A stretch of 64,000 nucleotides of DNA, taken from NCBI GenBank assembly GCA_963721455.1, contig CAVRJG010000033.1:98883-162882 (forward strand), written 5' to 3'. Both the position numbers and the translations under genes were made by a program. The notes below the pieces were generated by a model, which saw only the letters and a list, made by a program, of their open reading frames with translations, had not been told where the DNA came from and did no database searches. The stretch is from an uncultured Methanosarcinaceae archaeon. Lineage in GTDB: Archaea; Halobacteriota; Methanosarcinia; Methanosarcinales; Methanosarcinaceae. Shown piece by piece: positions 42,299 through 53,234 of the stretch (within the stretch, counting starts at the first letter, position 1; each line of letters begins with the position of its first letter).

Positions 42299-43842
42299 TC
42301 ATGGATGCAGAGGTAGTCTTTCAGGAATCTTCAGAAAATTTCGACGCGAAACGCTTTTTTCGTAATCAGAGACTTTTCTGTTACTAACTCCTTTTGAATT
42401 TGTTACCAAATCAAGGTAAATCAGCACATTAACCAGAGTAACGATAAACAAAGCGATAAACAAATTACGAATAAATCCCTCAAAGACAGCTAATTTTCGG
42501 CCATGTTTTTCGGGTTTCCAGGCAATCATAACTGGAATTTGTAAAAGATGCAATACTAAAATAGAACGTATCCCAGGCTCGCCAATGAAACAAAGCTCTC
42601 AAATAAAAAATCCAGGAAGACAAATTTAGCAAAATTTTTACCTCTGCTTATCCTTTCTGGGAATTATATCTGAAAATTCCGAAAATCGACGGCTAAAACA
42701 ATTTCTTAATCCTTTCGAGTATAAATCTTCCCACAAGTAAATGGCAGCGAAAAGCAGAATCTAATAGATACTCGATCCTACGGTATATGAAGGTTTTACC
42801 CCATACCCGCAACAAAGCCACAAAATATGTCTCCCACTTTTGGGAACGAAATCCAGGACTCTCTTCGTGGAGAGAAATCCACGGATTTTCTGCTTGAAGT
42901 ACTTTCGATACTGGAAATAGCAGCATCTGCATCTTCAAATTGCTCAAGATTTCAAAATTGGGAACTAATTTTACATAAGTTAATCCATCGAAAACAAGTG
43001 AATTTTCAAGAGAAGCCCAGCTAACCTTCATTTCTTCGAAATTAGAACTATTTAGAGAAACTTTTTTGAACTGAGTACCTAAAATTGACATTTCGTGGAA
43101 AAGTAGCTTCATCGACAGATAGGCATGAATCGCAAAAGTAGCCTCATCGAAATAGGCAGAATCGCCAAAAGTAGCCTCTGGAAATAGGCAGATCGCAAAA
43201 GTAGTCTCTCGATGGCAGAATCGCCAAAAGTACCTCGAAGATGCAGAATCTTCAAAAGTAGTCTGAAACCGGAAATAGAGGGTAAAAGATCAAAGAAATC
43301 GCCAAAAACTAGGGCAAGCAGTACCATAATCAGGACTCGAAGACCTGTAGACTGTCGCCAAAAGTAGCCCGAGAAGCAGGCAGAATCGTAAAAGTACCTG
43401 ATAAAGCAATTCGAAAAGTAGCCTCGAAAGCAGAATCCTATAAAGCTGTACTCGTTGAACCTAGTTTAGAAGAGAAATTTACATCTCAAAGGAGAAAGAT
43501 TTATAAATCACAACTGAGAAATCCAAGGTCATTCGAAAAATGGAATTTTGGATTATTATACACTTTCAGACAACTTTGGGAATTTTCGGTTGACAACAAT
43601 ATTCAAACTTCTGAAATCTGTTACTTTTTTACTTTTTCGGACCAGTCTCAAGCTGTCTTACTTAAATTGAGTTCTCCAATTATGCGGCAGTCTGTAAGAT
43701 TTACATCTTCTCCATTTTCAATTTGTTTTAAAATATCGCTGGCTTGGACTTCTCTATATTCATCTGCCAAACCGACCATTGACATAGAAATGAGCACAAA
43801 AAATGAGAACAAAGCCCAAAAAAGTAGTTCTCGGAATTTCAT
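42299..43842 (-). pseudogene. Multiply frameshifted gene: signal peptide, pentapeptide-type repeats and C-terminal membrane (ion channel-like) domain
   Basis: N-terminal fragment ASDILKQIENGEDVNL, ATFGDSAYF-type repeats every 30-33 nt, C-terminal fragment AVFEGFI..LFIALFIVTL. Confidence 0.7.
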
Positions 43843-44121
43843 CAGCGTGCTTTTCGATATTGTACCTATTAAGTCTTATGAAATACTCTCATATTGAAAT
43901 TCAAAAGATTATCACAAAACTTCCATCTCATCTTTCTCCAGTATATTGTTAATTTCTTCATCTACACCTTACAATCACCTTTATAAACCCAAAATCTCTT
44001 CAACTGACTCAGGGCAGTGTAAATTTAATATAATGATACCGTTATCCATCTAGTATTTCCTATAAATCAAAAATTTACAATTACCTGATATCCCCCAATC
44101 AATTTCACGAGGATTTATAAA

Positions 44122-45945
44122 ATGGACAAGTACGAGAAGGTATACGAGCTGGCTAAACGCCGGGGGTTTTTGTGGAACTCCTTTGAGCTGTATGGCGGAA
44201 GCCGGGGATTTTATGATTATGGGCCTCTTGGGAGCACGCTGAAGAGGCGGATCGAGCAGACCTGGAGAGAGTTTTACGTTATCCAGGAAGGGTTCATGGA
44301 GATCGAGTGCCCGACAATAGGGATCGAGGACGTCTTTATCGCGTCCGGGCATGTCGGAGGCTTTTCTGACCCCCTGTGCGAGTGCATGAACTGCAAAGAG
44401 GCATTTCGGGCAGACCATCTTGTAGAAAACGTCATGAGTGCGGCAGGTACCCTGAGTGCAGAAGACCTTACGAAGGTCATAAAGGAAAACGGGATCAGAT
44501 GCCCGGAGTGCGGGGGAGAATTCGGCGACGCCTATGAATTCAACCTGATGTTCAAGACCACAATCGGGCCTGGCACTGGAAGGCAGGGGTATCTCAGGCC
44601 TGAGACGGCGCAGGGGATGTTCGTGGACTTCCAGAGGCTGTCCCGTTTCTATAGAGACAAACTTCCGTTTGGGGCAGTGCAGATAGGGAAATCTTACAGG
44701 AACGAAATCGCACCCAGGCAGGGAGTTATCCGGCTCAGGGAGTTTACGCAGGCTGAGTGTGAAATCTTTGTTGACCCCAGGAACAAGAAGCACCCCAACT
44801 TCGAGCGTTTCGCAGACAGAGAGCTTGTGCTCTATTCGCAGGAGGCACAGCAGAAAGGCGAATCTTTCAGGATGACTGTGCGGGAAGCTGTGGAGGCTGG
44901 AGTCATTGCGCACGAAGTCCTGGGCTACAATATCGCACTTACCAACGAGTTCCTGACAAAAGTAGGAATCAATCCTGGAAAACTCAGGTTCAGGCAGCAC
45001 CTGAAAGACGAGATGGCGCATTATGCAATCGACTGCTGGGACGCCGAGATCGAGACCGACCGGTTTGGCTGGGTCGAGATTGTGGGAATTGCCGACAGGA
45101 CTGACTATGACCTCAAAGCTCATGCAAGGGTCAGCAAGACCGAGCTTTACGTTTACGTGGAGTATGATGAGCCGAAAATGGTTACCCGTTTTGCTGTAAA
45201 GCCAGATATGGGCAAGCTCGGCCCGATCTTTAAGGGGAGGGCAAAAGCCGTTGCAGATGCCTTAAAACAGCTTTCTGAAGAGGAGCTTTCGAGAAATGAA
45301 ATCAAAGTTACCGTGGGCGGGGAAGAATTGACAGTCAGCTCCGATGTTGTGAGCTTTGCGGAAGAGACCGTAAAAGTCAGCGGAGAAAATATCATCCCTC
45401 ACGTAATTGAGCCGTCCTATGGTATTGACAGGATCTTCTATGGTGTCATGGAGCATGCCTTTGATGAAGAAAACGTGGCTCAGAAGGCAGCCGAATCCGG
45501 GCTTAAAGGCACAGAAGAAGCTGGAAAAGAATCCGAAGCAATAAAGGGCGAAAGCGACTCCGAGAGCGAAGAGGAAGCCCGCCTTGTAATGCACTTCTCA
45601 AGCGCAGTTGCCCCAGTGCAGGTAGCAGTTCTCCCGCTCCTTACCAGGAAAGAGCTTGCAGACCCTGCAAAGGAGATCATTGCAAAACTGAGGGAAAAGA
45701 CTCTGCTTGTCAATTATGACGACTCGGGGACCATAGGGCGCCGCTACAGGAGAAACGACGAAATCGGCACTCCTTACTCTGTTACCGTGGACTATGATAC
45801 CCTTGAAGACGGCACTGTAACCATAAGGGACAGGGATTCCATGCGCCAGATCCGGGCTCCGATCAAAGGAATTGAAAACGTGCTTTACGAACTTATCTAC
45901 AGGAGCAAAGATTTCGCATCTGCAGGCACGCCCTTTAATTTCTGA
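44122..45945 (+). CDS. glyS: Glycine--tRNA ligase (alpha2 type)
   Basis: YDYGPLG, LRPETAQG, RNEIAPR, HVIEPSYG and IGRRYRRNDEIGTP. Confidence 0.97.
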   Translation: MDKYEKVYELAKRRGFLWNSFELYGGSRGFYDYGPLGSTLKRRIEQTWREFYVIQEGFMEIECPTIGIEDVFIASGHVGGFSDPLCECMNCKEAFRADHLVENVMSAAGTLSAEDLTKVIKENGIRCPECGGEFGDAYEFNLMFKTTIGPGTGRQGYLRPETAQGMFVDFQRLSRFYRDKLPFGAVQIGKSYRNEIAPRQGVIRLREFTQAECEIFVDPRNKKHPNFERFADRELVLYSQEAQQKGESFRMTVREAVEAGVIAHEVLGYNIALTNEFLTKVGINPGKLRFRQHLKDEMAHYAIDCWDAEIETDRFGWVEIVGIADRTDYDLKAHARVSKTELYVYVEYDEPKMVTRFAVKPDMGKLGPIFKGRAKAVADALKQLSEEELSRNEIKVTVGGEELTVSSDVVSFAEETVKVSGENIIPHVIEPSYGIDRIFYGVMEHAFDEENVAQKAAESGLKGTEEAGKESEAIKGESDSESEEEARLVMHFSSAVAPVQVAVLPLLTRKELADPAKEIIAKLREKTLLVNYDDSGTIGRRYRRNDEIGTPYSVTVDYDTLEDGTVTIRDRDSMRQIRAPIKGIENVLYELIYRSKDFASAGTPFNF

Positions 45946-46107
45946 AATTTAAAACCGGGACTGGATTGCGGATGTGAAAACCCTGGTTATGAAAGATCCG
46001 AGATTTCTCCTCAATCTCGATTTCCAGGGCTGTGGGCTGAGAAGCCTGCAGCAAAACTTTAATTTTATTGCTCTTTTATAATAAAAGAAAGACCTGAACA
46101 GATTGCT

Positions 46108-46247
46108 CCTGAAAAATTAATCCTGAAAAATTAATCCTGAAAATTAATCCTGAAAATTAATCCTGAAATAAAATAACCCTGATAATAACCCTGATAAAAT
46201 AACCCTGATAATAACCCTGATAAAATAACCCTGATAAAATAACCCTG
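46108..46247. repeat. 12-14-bp tandem repeats upstream of hef
   Basis: CCTGAAAATTAAT units grading into CCCTGATA(A)AATAA units, about 11 copies. Confidence 0.85.
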
Positions 46248-46254
46248 GAGCAAA

Positions 46255-48780
46255 ATGAACGAGAGCCTTTTTCCTGAGAAACCAGCATGCATGAAGCACC
46301 CCCTTATAAAACCCGACACAGTTGAGCAGAGACTCTACCAGCTGAACCTAGCAGGAAAAGCACTTGAAGGGTCAAGCCTGGTTGTACTCCCTACAGGCCT
46401 CGGAAAAACCATTATAGCTCTTTTTGTAATTGCCTCCAGGCTTCAGCGCTTCGGGGGAAAAGCCCTGATTCTTTCTCCAACAAAGCCTCTTGTGGAGCAG
46501 CATGCAGCTTTTTTTAAAAAGGTTATGGCTCTTCCCGAAGAAGAGGTTCTGGCTTTTACGGGCAGTATTGCGCCTGCAGAACGGGAAAGACTCTGGGCGC
46601 AGGGAAAATTGATAGTATCCACTCCTCAGGTGATTGAAAACGACCTTCTTACAAAAAGGATCAGCCTTGAGGATGTAAGCCATATCACTTTTGATGAAGC
46701 CCACAGGGCAGTCGGAAATTACGCTTATACCTTTATTGCGGAAAAGTACTTCGAGAGCGCGAAAAATCCTCATGTGCTCGGAATTACTGCAAGCCCGGGC
46801 AGTTCAGACGAGAAAATCTCTGAGGTCTGTCAGGCTTTGCATGTTGAAAATGTAGCCGTGAAAACTGAGAGAGATAGGGATGTTCGCCCTTATGTGCAGG
46901 AAAAAGAAATAGAATGGCTTCAGGTTCAGCTCCCTGCCGAGATGGCAGAAATCCGGGGTTATCTGGAAAAAATTTTTGATGACAGGCTCGGAACCATAAG
47001 GGACCTGGGTTTTTCTGCAGGCAGCGGGAAATATGTCTCCAAAAAAGACCTTCTGCTCCTCCAGAAAGAGCTTCAGGGTGAAATCCGTATGGGGGGAGAC
47101 CCTGCGATTTTTACCGCCATGTCTGTGGTCGCTGAGATGATGAAAGTGAACCATGCTGTGGAGATGGTGGAGACGCAGGGGCTTGAGACTCTCAGGAGGT
47201 ATCTGGAGAAGCTGGATGCGGAAGCCTCTTCAAGCAGTGCGAGCAAGGCTGCAAAAAGGCTCATGGACGACCTCTATATGAGAAAAGCCCTTTACAGGGT
47301 AAAGGAATGTGATGTGGAACATCCCAAACTCGAGCTCGCCAGGGAAATCGTATCCGAACAGCTTGAAGTAAGCCCTGATTCCCGGACGATTGTGTTTACG
47401 AACTACAGGGACACTGCAGAAATAGTGGTAAATGCCCTTTCCGGAGTCCCGGGAGTTGTCCCTATCCGGTTTGTGGGACAGGGTTCGCGCCATAAGGACA
47501 AAGGGCTTACGCAGAAACAGCAGGGAGACATCCTCGATAAATTCAGGACAGGAGAATACAACGTACTTGTAGCCACTTCAGTTGCCGAAGAAGGGCTTGA
47601 CATCCCTTCCACGGACCTTGTATTATTTTACGAACCTATCCCTTCGGAAATTCGGAGCATCCAGCGTAAGGGCAGGACAGGCAGGCAGCATAAAGGCAGA
47701 GTAATTGTGCTGGTGACAAAGAACACAAGAGACGAAGCCTATTACTGGAGCAGCAAAAACAAGGAAAAGAAGATGCTAAACAGCATGCATGGGCTTGAGG
47801 CTGTTCTGGGCCCGAATGGCTCAAAGAAAGGTTCGAAACTTTCTGATTTTGAATCCCAGGCTTTTAGTTCAGACATCAGGGAAAAAGAAATTGAAGATGA
47901 GGAGAAAGAAAGAGATCGGCAGGAAAATAGAGATTTGACTATAGATACCAGGGATATGGCTGTAGACTCAGATTGCGGCAGGGTAAATAAAGAAAGTAAA
48001 GAGGGAGAGAACGAGGAGGGGAAAGAAAGACAAAAAACCCTTGTCGATTTCGAGGCGCTTTCCGGAAAGGAATCCGCATATAAAACAAAAGTACCCGGAA
48101 TAGAATCTTCCGAAATAGAACCCGGAACCGTGCCTCTCAGAATAGTGATCGACCACAGGGAAACAAAGAGCGGAGTTGCAAAGATCCTGGATAAGCTCGG
48201 CATGGAACTGAGTTTTGCAGCTCTTGAGATAGGGGATTACGTTGTAAGCGACCGCCTGGCTGTAGAGAGAAAGCGAACGGACGACTTTGCAAGTTCCCTT
48301 ATTGATGGGAAGCGTAATCTTTTTGCCCAGCTCTCAGACCTTGCAAGAGTGTATGAAAAACCGGTCCTTATCATTGAAGGAGGAGCCCTTTTCACTTCCA
48401 GGCAGCTTAACCCGAATGCCATCTACGGCTCCCTGGTATCCATTGCAATTGACTTTGGAGTATCAATCCTTTACTCAAGAGACGAGGAGGAGACGGCTGC
48501 GATTTTAAAAATACTTGCAAAACGTGAGCAGACTGAAAATAAACGCGAGGTCAATCCGCATGGGAAAAAGTCAGCCAGTACTCTTGCTGAACAGCAGGAA
48601 TATCTGATCTCTTCGATCTCGAACATAGGGCCAAAAGCCGCAAGAAACCTGCTTCTGCACTTCGGCTCAGTAGAGGCTTTTATGAAGGCTGACCCTGCAG
48701 AACTCAGAAAGGTAAAACTAATAGGACCAAAAACAGCGGCCAGAATAAGGGAAGTCCTTGAGAGCCCATATAAAGGGTAA
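46255..48780 (+). CDS. hef: Hef helicase/nuclease (FANCM-like SF2 helicase plus ERCC4 nuclease and HhH)
   Basis: PTGLGKT, DEAH, QRKGRTGR, GDY...VERKR and HhH motif. Confidence 0.95.
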   Translation: MNESLFPEKPACMKHPLIKPDTVEQRLYQLNLAGKALEGSSLVVLPTGLGKTIIALFVIASRLQRFGGKALILSPTKPLVEQHAAFFKKVMALPEEEVLAFTGSIAPAERERLWAQGKLIVSTPQVIENDLLTKRISLEDVSHITFDEAHRAVGNYAYTFIAEKYFESAKNPHVLGITASPGSSDEKISEVCQALHVENVAVKTERDRDVRPYVQEKEIEWLQVQLPAEMAEIRGYLEKIFDDRLGTIRDLGFSAGSGKYVSKKDLLLLQKELQGEIRMGGDPAIFTAMSVVAEMMKVNHAVEMVETQGLETLRRYLEKLDAEASSSSASKAAKRLMDDLYMRKALYRVKECDVEHPKLELAREIVSEQLEVSPDSRTIVFTNYRDTAEIVVNALSGVPGVVPIRFVGQGSRHKDKGLTQKQQGDILDKFRTGEYNVLVATSVAEEGLDIPSTDLVLFYEPIPSEIRSIQRKGRTGRQHKGRVIVLVTKNTRDEAYYWSSKNKEKKMLNSMHGLEAVLGPNGSKKGSKLSDFESQAFSSDIREKEIEDEEKERDRQENRDLTIDTRDMAVDSDCGRVNKESKEGENEEGKERQKTLVDFEALSGKESAYKTKVPGIESSEIEPGTVPLRIVIDHRETKSGVAKILDKLGMELSFAALEIGDYVVSDRLAVERKRTDDFASSLIDGKRNLFAQLSDLARVYEKPVLIIEGGALFTSRQLNPNAIYGSLVSIAIDFGVSILYSRDEEETAAILKILAKREQTENKREVNPHGKKSASTLAEQQEYLISSISNIGPKAARNLLLHFGSVEAFMKADPAELRKVKLIGPKTAARIREVLESPYKG

Positions 48781-48825
48781 AGAAAGGTAATGTAAAACTG
48801 TTTAAACAGCCCTTCTTTCCTTTCG

Positions 48826-48960
48826 TTCTTCCTCTTTTCCTTTTTGTATTCCTATTCATTTCCCTTATTTTCCTTTTTTTCCTTATTTCCCTTATTTTCC
48901 CTTATTTTCCTTATTTTCCTTTTTTCCTTATTTCCCTATTTTCCTTATTTCCCTTTCCTG
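48826..48960. repeat. Pyrimidine-rich low-complexity repeat
   Basis: TTCC(C)TTATT(T) units between convergent genes. Confidence 0.7.
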
Positions 48961-49033
48961 CCTTCTCTTCCTTCTGCTTATTCCTCTATCTTTAATACTT
49001 TCTTCAATCTCTTCTTTTCTTTTACCCTTGTTT

Positions 49034-49651
49034 TTACATATGCCTCAGGTGCTCTATGAGCTTAAGGCCTTTTTCAATTAGCTCAAAGTCTTCAGCAATA
49101 CTGCGAGGATCCGTTTCATCCTGAAGGGAGGTTGCAATGCTGACCATCTTTTTAAAGAGAAGGTTCTCCAGCACTTTCCGGTCTCCATGATCCCCGGACA
49201 ACTTCGGTGTCCCTGCTGGTTTTTCCGCTTTCGCCGCAGGTGTAGCCTGGACTGCATAGGCGGCAGGCGCTGTCCTTCTTGTGTCATCTCTTTCGGAAGG
49301 TATTTTAGAAATTTCCTCTCCTAGCGGCTCGATAGCTTCTTCCTCTTCGTCTGCCGCTTCAGAGGTTCTCACCCCGAACCGTGGCTTTTGCCTGTATGCC
49401 GGGACTCTTTTTTTAGTCTCAAACGAGGGCCTGTCTTTTTCTGTAGACGGCCTGGTTTCAGGAACCTGAACTTCTGCGGCTGGTTCCTGGGCTTCCTCTT
49501 CTTCCCGAACATCACATATAGGGCAGATTACTGTACCCTGATAACGGAATTTTGGGGCTCCGCAGACTTTACAATGCTCGGCGAGCATCGTGCCCCCCAT
49601 TTCAAGGAAACGTGCTATTCGCTTTACTTTTTTATCTTTTTCAGAATCCAT
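49034..49651 (-). CDS. UPF0148 / Sjogren autoantigen-like zinc-ribbon protein
   Basis: LEMGGTMLAEHCKVCGAP...CPIC. Confidence 0.85.
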   Translation of the reverse strand: MDSEKDKKVKRIARFLEMGGTMLAEHCKVCGAPKFRYQGTVICPICDVREEEEAQEPAAEVQVPETRPSTEKDRPSFETKKRVPAYRQKPRFGVRTSEAADEEEEAIEPLGEEISKIPSERDDTRRTAPAAYAVQATPAAKAEKPAGTPKLSGDHGDRKVLENLLFKKMVSIATSLQDETDPRSIAEDFELIEKGLKLIEHLRHM

Positions 49652-49895
49652 GTACCTGACCTTCCTTCATGCACAGCTTCTCACTTATTTTATAAGATTT
49701 TTCCTGTAACTTCCTGTACTGAGGCTAACTTTATCCCGCGTAAACCGGAAAAAGCAATGGTTCAGAACCACAACGGGCAGACACTGGTACAGGCAACAAT
49801 AAAAATCACCGATAATATTTTATATAACAAGCCTGTCTTAGACTAATTTATTAGCTCTAATTTTTACATCATAATTGACTGCGCAGGTGATTCGA

Positions 49896-50168
49896 ATGTC
49901 ATCAAATGATTCAGCAGAAGTTATCAGACAATGTCTTCATGTCCTAGACAGCATAACCAGTGACTCTTCAGTTCCAAGAAATATCAGGCGTTCCGTGAAT
50001 GAAATTACGGATATACTGAACAAAGACTCCGAACCTCTCTTCCTTAGAGCAGCATCAAGCATTTCCATTCTAGAAGATATAAGCAACGATCCTAACCTTC
50101 CTCTACACACGAGAACTCTAATATGGAATCTCTCAAGCCAGCTTGAGACCATTCCTGTAGATGAGTAA
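49896..50168 (+). CDS. UPF0147 family protein
   Basis: [10 protein letters not shown] and [17 protein letters not shown]; AGGTGA RBS. Confidence 0.88.
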   Translation: MSSNDSAEVIRQCLHVLDSITSDSSVPRNIRRSVNEITDILNKDSEPLFLRAASSISILEDISNDPNLPLHTRTLIWNLSSQLETIPVDE

Positions 50169-50731
50169 GGCCATAAGGATAGATCCCTCAAACCACATAA
50201 AAACAGAATTTGCCCGAGAGCATAAGCTGAGAATCGGTAAGCTCCCGGAAATAAATACGCCCAGGTACGTTTCTTGAGACGGCCCTGTTAAAAAATCCCA
50301 AACTTCAACTAATTTTAAAAAAAGAGCCGGAAGGGACAACCTTATTATTCTACCAGCTATTTCGAGCTGGTTTTGGAAGTTATTAACAGGAAGTTGGGGG
50401 ATATCGACAAGGAAAACCTTTTTTCCTCTTTTTTATATCTTTTACCGGTAGCAAATTTAAATCCAGGTCCTCAAGCCGGATTATAAGCTGGCACAGAAAT
50501 GTAAAAGGGTTAAAACTGGAAAGAAGAGGTAAAAAGAGGGATAAGAATTTAAGAAGCCTTAAAGTCAGTTAATACATATAAAAGATTTACAGACATACTT
50601 AGTACATTTGAAGAGAATTTTCAGATGAAATTCCGGAATCCTGATAAATAAATATAAAGTATATAAAAGAGAATTTAGTTTCCAAATAGAAAAGCTAGAT
50701 CATGTAAAGGCTGAAAAGCATTAAAAGGGGT

Positions 50732-51373
50732 ATGAAAAGAATGCTTGAAGAAATTTCGGCCCTGATAAGGGAAAATTTCGAGGCCAAAGACCGTGTAAGG
50801 GAAGATGGATTGAAAATCTCCAGGGAAATTGTCAGGGAATGCAGGACAGCAACATTCGCCCTGCACGGGCTGGACTTTGAGAAGGCAAGCAACAGCATCA
50901 AAGCAGCTGGAAAAGCACTGGAGAAGCTTGAAGTCATTTTCGAAGGGCATGCTGATATTTATCATGCCGGATTTGTAGAACATGCCCAGCAGGAATATTC
51001 GGAGGTTTCAGTCCTCAGCAGCCTGCTGAAGGAAGAAGGAGAGACAAAGAAAATTCCATCTCCTGAAGAGCTGAAAGTCGAATATGCGGCTTACCTTAAC
51101 GGGCTAGGAGATGTTGTCGGGGAGCTTAGAAGGCATGTCCTGGACCTTATAAGGAAAGAGTCCTTTGAGAAAGCCGAAGTATTTTTAGGGATCATGGAAA
51201 ATATCCATGCAGTGCTTATGGACTTTGACTACCCTGATGCGATAACCAGGGGGCTCAGAAGAAAGACCGATGTATCCCGCGCCCTGATAGAAAAGACGCG
51301 CGGAGATGTTGTCAATGCAATTGGTCAGAAAAAACTTGAGACTGCAATGCGGAATCTGGAGTCCAGGCTTTAG
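50732..51373 (+). CDS. Translin/TRAX (C3PO-like) family protein
   Basis: QEYSE, YLNGLGDVVGELRR and LRRKTD motifs. Confidence 0.85.
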   Translation: MKRMLEEISALIRENFEAKDRVREDGLKISREIVRECRTATFALHGLDFEKASNSIKAAGKALEKLEVIFEGHADIYHAGFVEHAQQEYSEVSVLSSLLKEEGETKKIPSPEELKVEYAAYLNGLGDVVGELRRHVLDLIRKESFEKAEVFLGIMENIHAVLMDFDYPDAITRGLRRKTDVSRALIEKTRGDVVNAIGQKKLETAMRNLESRL

Positions 51374-51583
51374 ACGGAGTTGCTTTTAAATACTGAGCAA
51401 ATCCCCCTGAACCTCAGGGGTTAAAATTGTGCATTTAAACTGCGATTCACTTGATACATACAGCTATACAGTTTCTTCAATAATTATTAAACTGTACAAC
51501 ATCTTAATTGTTTAAAGTTTATAAGCCAGAATCTCAAAGACTGACAATTTAGAATCCCAATAATCTATTACAAGAGGATATGC

Positions 51584-53203
51584 ATGAAATTTGATCCAGA
51601 AAAAATAAAAAAGGACGCAAAAGAGAATTTCGACCTTACCTGGAACGAAGGCAAAAAACTGGTCAGGACACCTACCCTGAACGAACGCTATCCCAGGACT
51701 ACTCTGAAATATGGAAAAGCGCATCCTGTCTACGACACTATCCAGAAACTTAGAGAAGCCTATCTCAGAATGGGCTTTGAAGAGATGATGAACCCTCTGA
51801 TAGTGGACGACAAAGAGGTACACAAACAGTTCGGAAGCGAAGCTCTCGCAGTCCTGGATCGATGTTTCTACCTTGCAGGCCTGCCCCGGCCGAACGTGGG
51901 AATTTCCGACGAGCGGATTGCACAGGTAACAGAGATCCTGGGGGATGTAGGTGTTGAAGGGATAGATAAAATAAGGCAAGTTCTCCATTCATATAAAAAA
52001 GGAAAGATTGAAGGAGATGACCTTGTCCCCGAAATTTCAGCCGTTCTTGGAGTCTCGGATGCCCTTGTTGCAGACATGATCGACAGAGTTTTCCCGGAAT
52101 TTAAAGAACTTGTGCCCCAGGCAAGCACGAAGACACTCCGCAGCCATATGACAAGCGGCTGGTTCATTTCCCTGGGCGCCCTCTTGGAAAGGGAAGAACC
52201 TCCGTTCCACTTTTTCTCGATAGACCGCTGTTTCAGGCGAGAGCAACAGGAAGACGCATCAAGGCTCATGACCTACTATTCGGCTTCCTGCGTAATCATG
52301 GATGAGGATGTGACTGTTGACCATGGGAAAGCTGTTGCGGAAGGCCTTCTTTCTCAGTTCGGCTTTGAAAAATTCATTTTCAGGCCCGATGAGAAGCGCA
52401 GCAAATACTATATTCCTGACACGCAGACCGAAGTATTTGCCTTCCATCCGAAACTTGTGGGCTCCAACTCAAAGTACTCGGACGGCTGGATTGAAGTTGC
52501 GACTTTCGGGATTTATTCCCCAACGGCTCTTGCAGAATACGATATCCCATACCCTGTTATGAACCTTGGGCTCGGAGTGGAAAGGCTGGCAATGATCCTC
52601 CATGACGCTCCCGATATCCGCTCTCTTACCTACCCGCAGATTCCGCAGTATGCAGAATGGGAAATGTCAGATAATGAACTTGCAAAACAGGTTTTTGTAG
52701 ATAAGGTGCCTGAGACTCCTGAAGGGCTCGCGATGGCAGCTGCCATCGTTTCCCAGTGCGAACTGCATGGGGAAGAGCCAAGTCCCTGTGAATTCCCTGC
52801 CTGGGAGGGAGAAGTCTGCGGCAGAAAAGTAAAGGTTTCCGTAATCGAGCCTGAAGAAAATACGAAACTCTGCGGCCCTGCAGCTTTCAACGAGGTTGTA
52901 GCCTATCAGGGGGATATCGTAGGAATTCCGAATACCAAGAAATGGCAAAAAGCCTTTGAAAACCATTCTGCAAGAGCAGGAATTCGGTTCATAGAGGCGT
53001 TTGCAGCCCAGGCTGCCAGGGAAATCGAAGAAGCTGCAATGTCGGGAGCAAACGAACATATAGTCAGGGTAAGAATTGCCAAAGTTCCCTCGGAAGTCAA
53101 CCTGAAAATAGGTTCGACTGCCCAGCGCTATATCACTGGCAAAAAGAAGAAGATAGATATGAGAGGCCCGATTTTCACATCTGTAAAAGCGGAATTCATG
53201 TGA
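51584..53203 (+). CDS. sepS: O-phosphoseryl-tRNA(Cys) synthetase
   Basis: LRSHMTSGWF, DRCFRREQ, EVATFG and NLGLGVERLAM. Confidence 0.96.
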   Translation: MKFDPEKIKKDAKENFDLTWNEGKKLVRTPTLNERYPRTTLKYGKAHPVYDTIQKLREAYLRMGFEEMMNPLIVDDKEVHKQFGSEALAVLDRCFYLAGLPRPNVGISDERIAQVTEILGDVGVEGIDKIRQVLHSYKKGKIEGDDLVPEISAVLGVSDALVADMIDRVFPEFKELVPQASTKTLRSHMTSGWFISLGALLEREEPPFHFFSIDRCFRREQQEDASRLMTYYSASCVIMDEDVTVDHGKAVAEGLLSQFGFEKFIFRPDEKRSKYYIPDTQTEVFAFHPKLVGSNSKYSDGWIEVATFGIYSPTALAEYDIPYPVMNLGLGVERLAMILHDAPDIRSLTYPQIPQYAEWEMSDNELAKQVFVDKVPETPEGLAMAAAIVSQCELHGEEPSPCEFPAWEGEVCGRKVKVSVIEPEENTKLCGPAAFNEVVAYQGDIVGIPNTKKWQKAFENHSARAGIRFIEAFAAQAAREIEEAAMSGANEHIVRVRIAKVPSEVNLKIGSTAQRYITGKKKKIDMRGPIFTSVKAEFM

Positions 53204-53234
53204 GAGAAAAACAGTAAAAACAGGGTTATGATAC

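Noticed and set aside
44050-45123. 357-aa antisense ORF (and similar long antisense ORFs in moaA, argD, thermosome)
   Set aside because: Fully overlap well-conserved genes on the other strand; codon-bias shadows
48844-49059. 71-aa Phe/Leu/Pro-rich ORF
   Set aside because: Translation of a pyrimidine-rich low-complexity repeat
50315-50420. Possible minus-strand sRNA with ACCAGCT/AGCTGGT hairpin and T run
   Set aside because: Only one short stem; cannot be told apart from a terminator without transcript data
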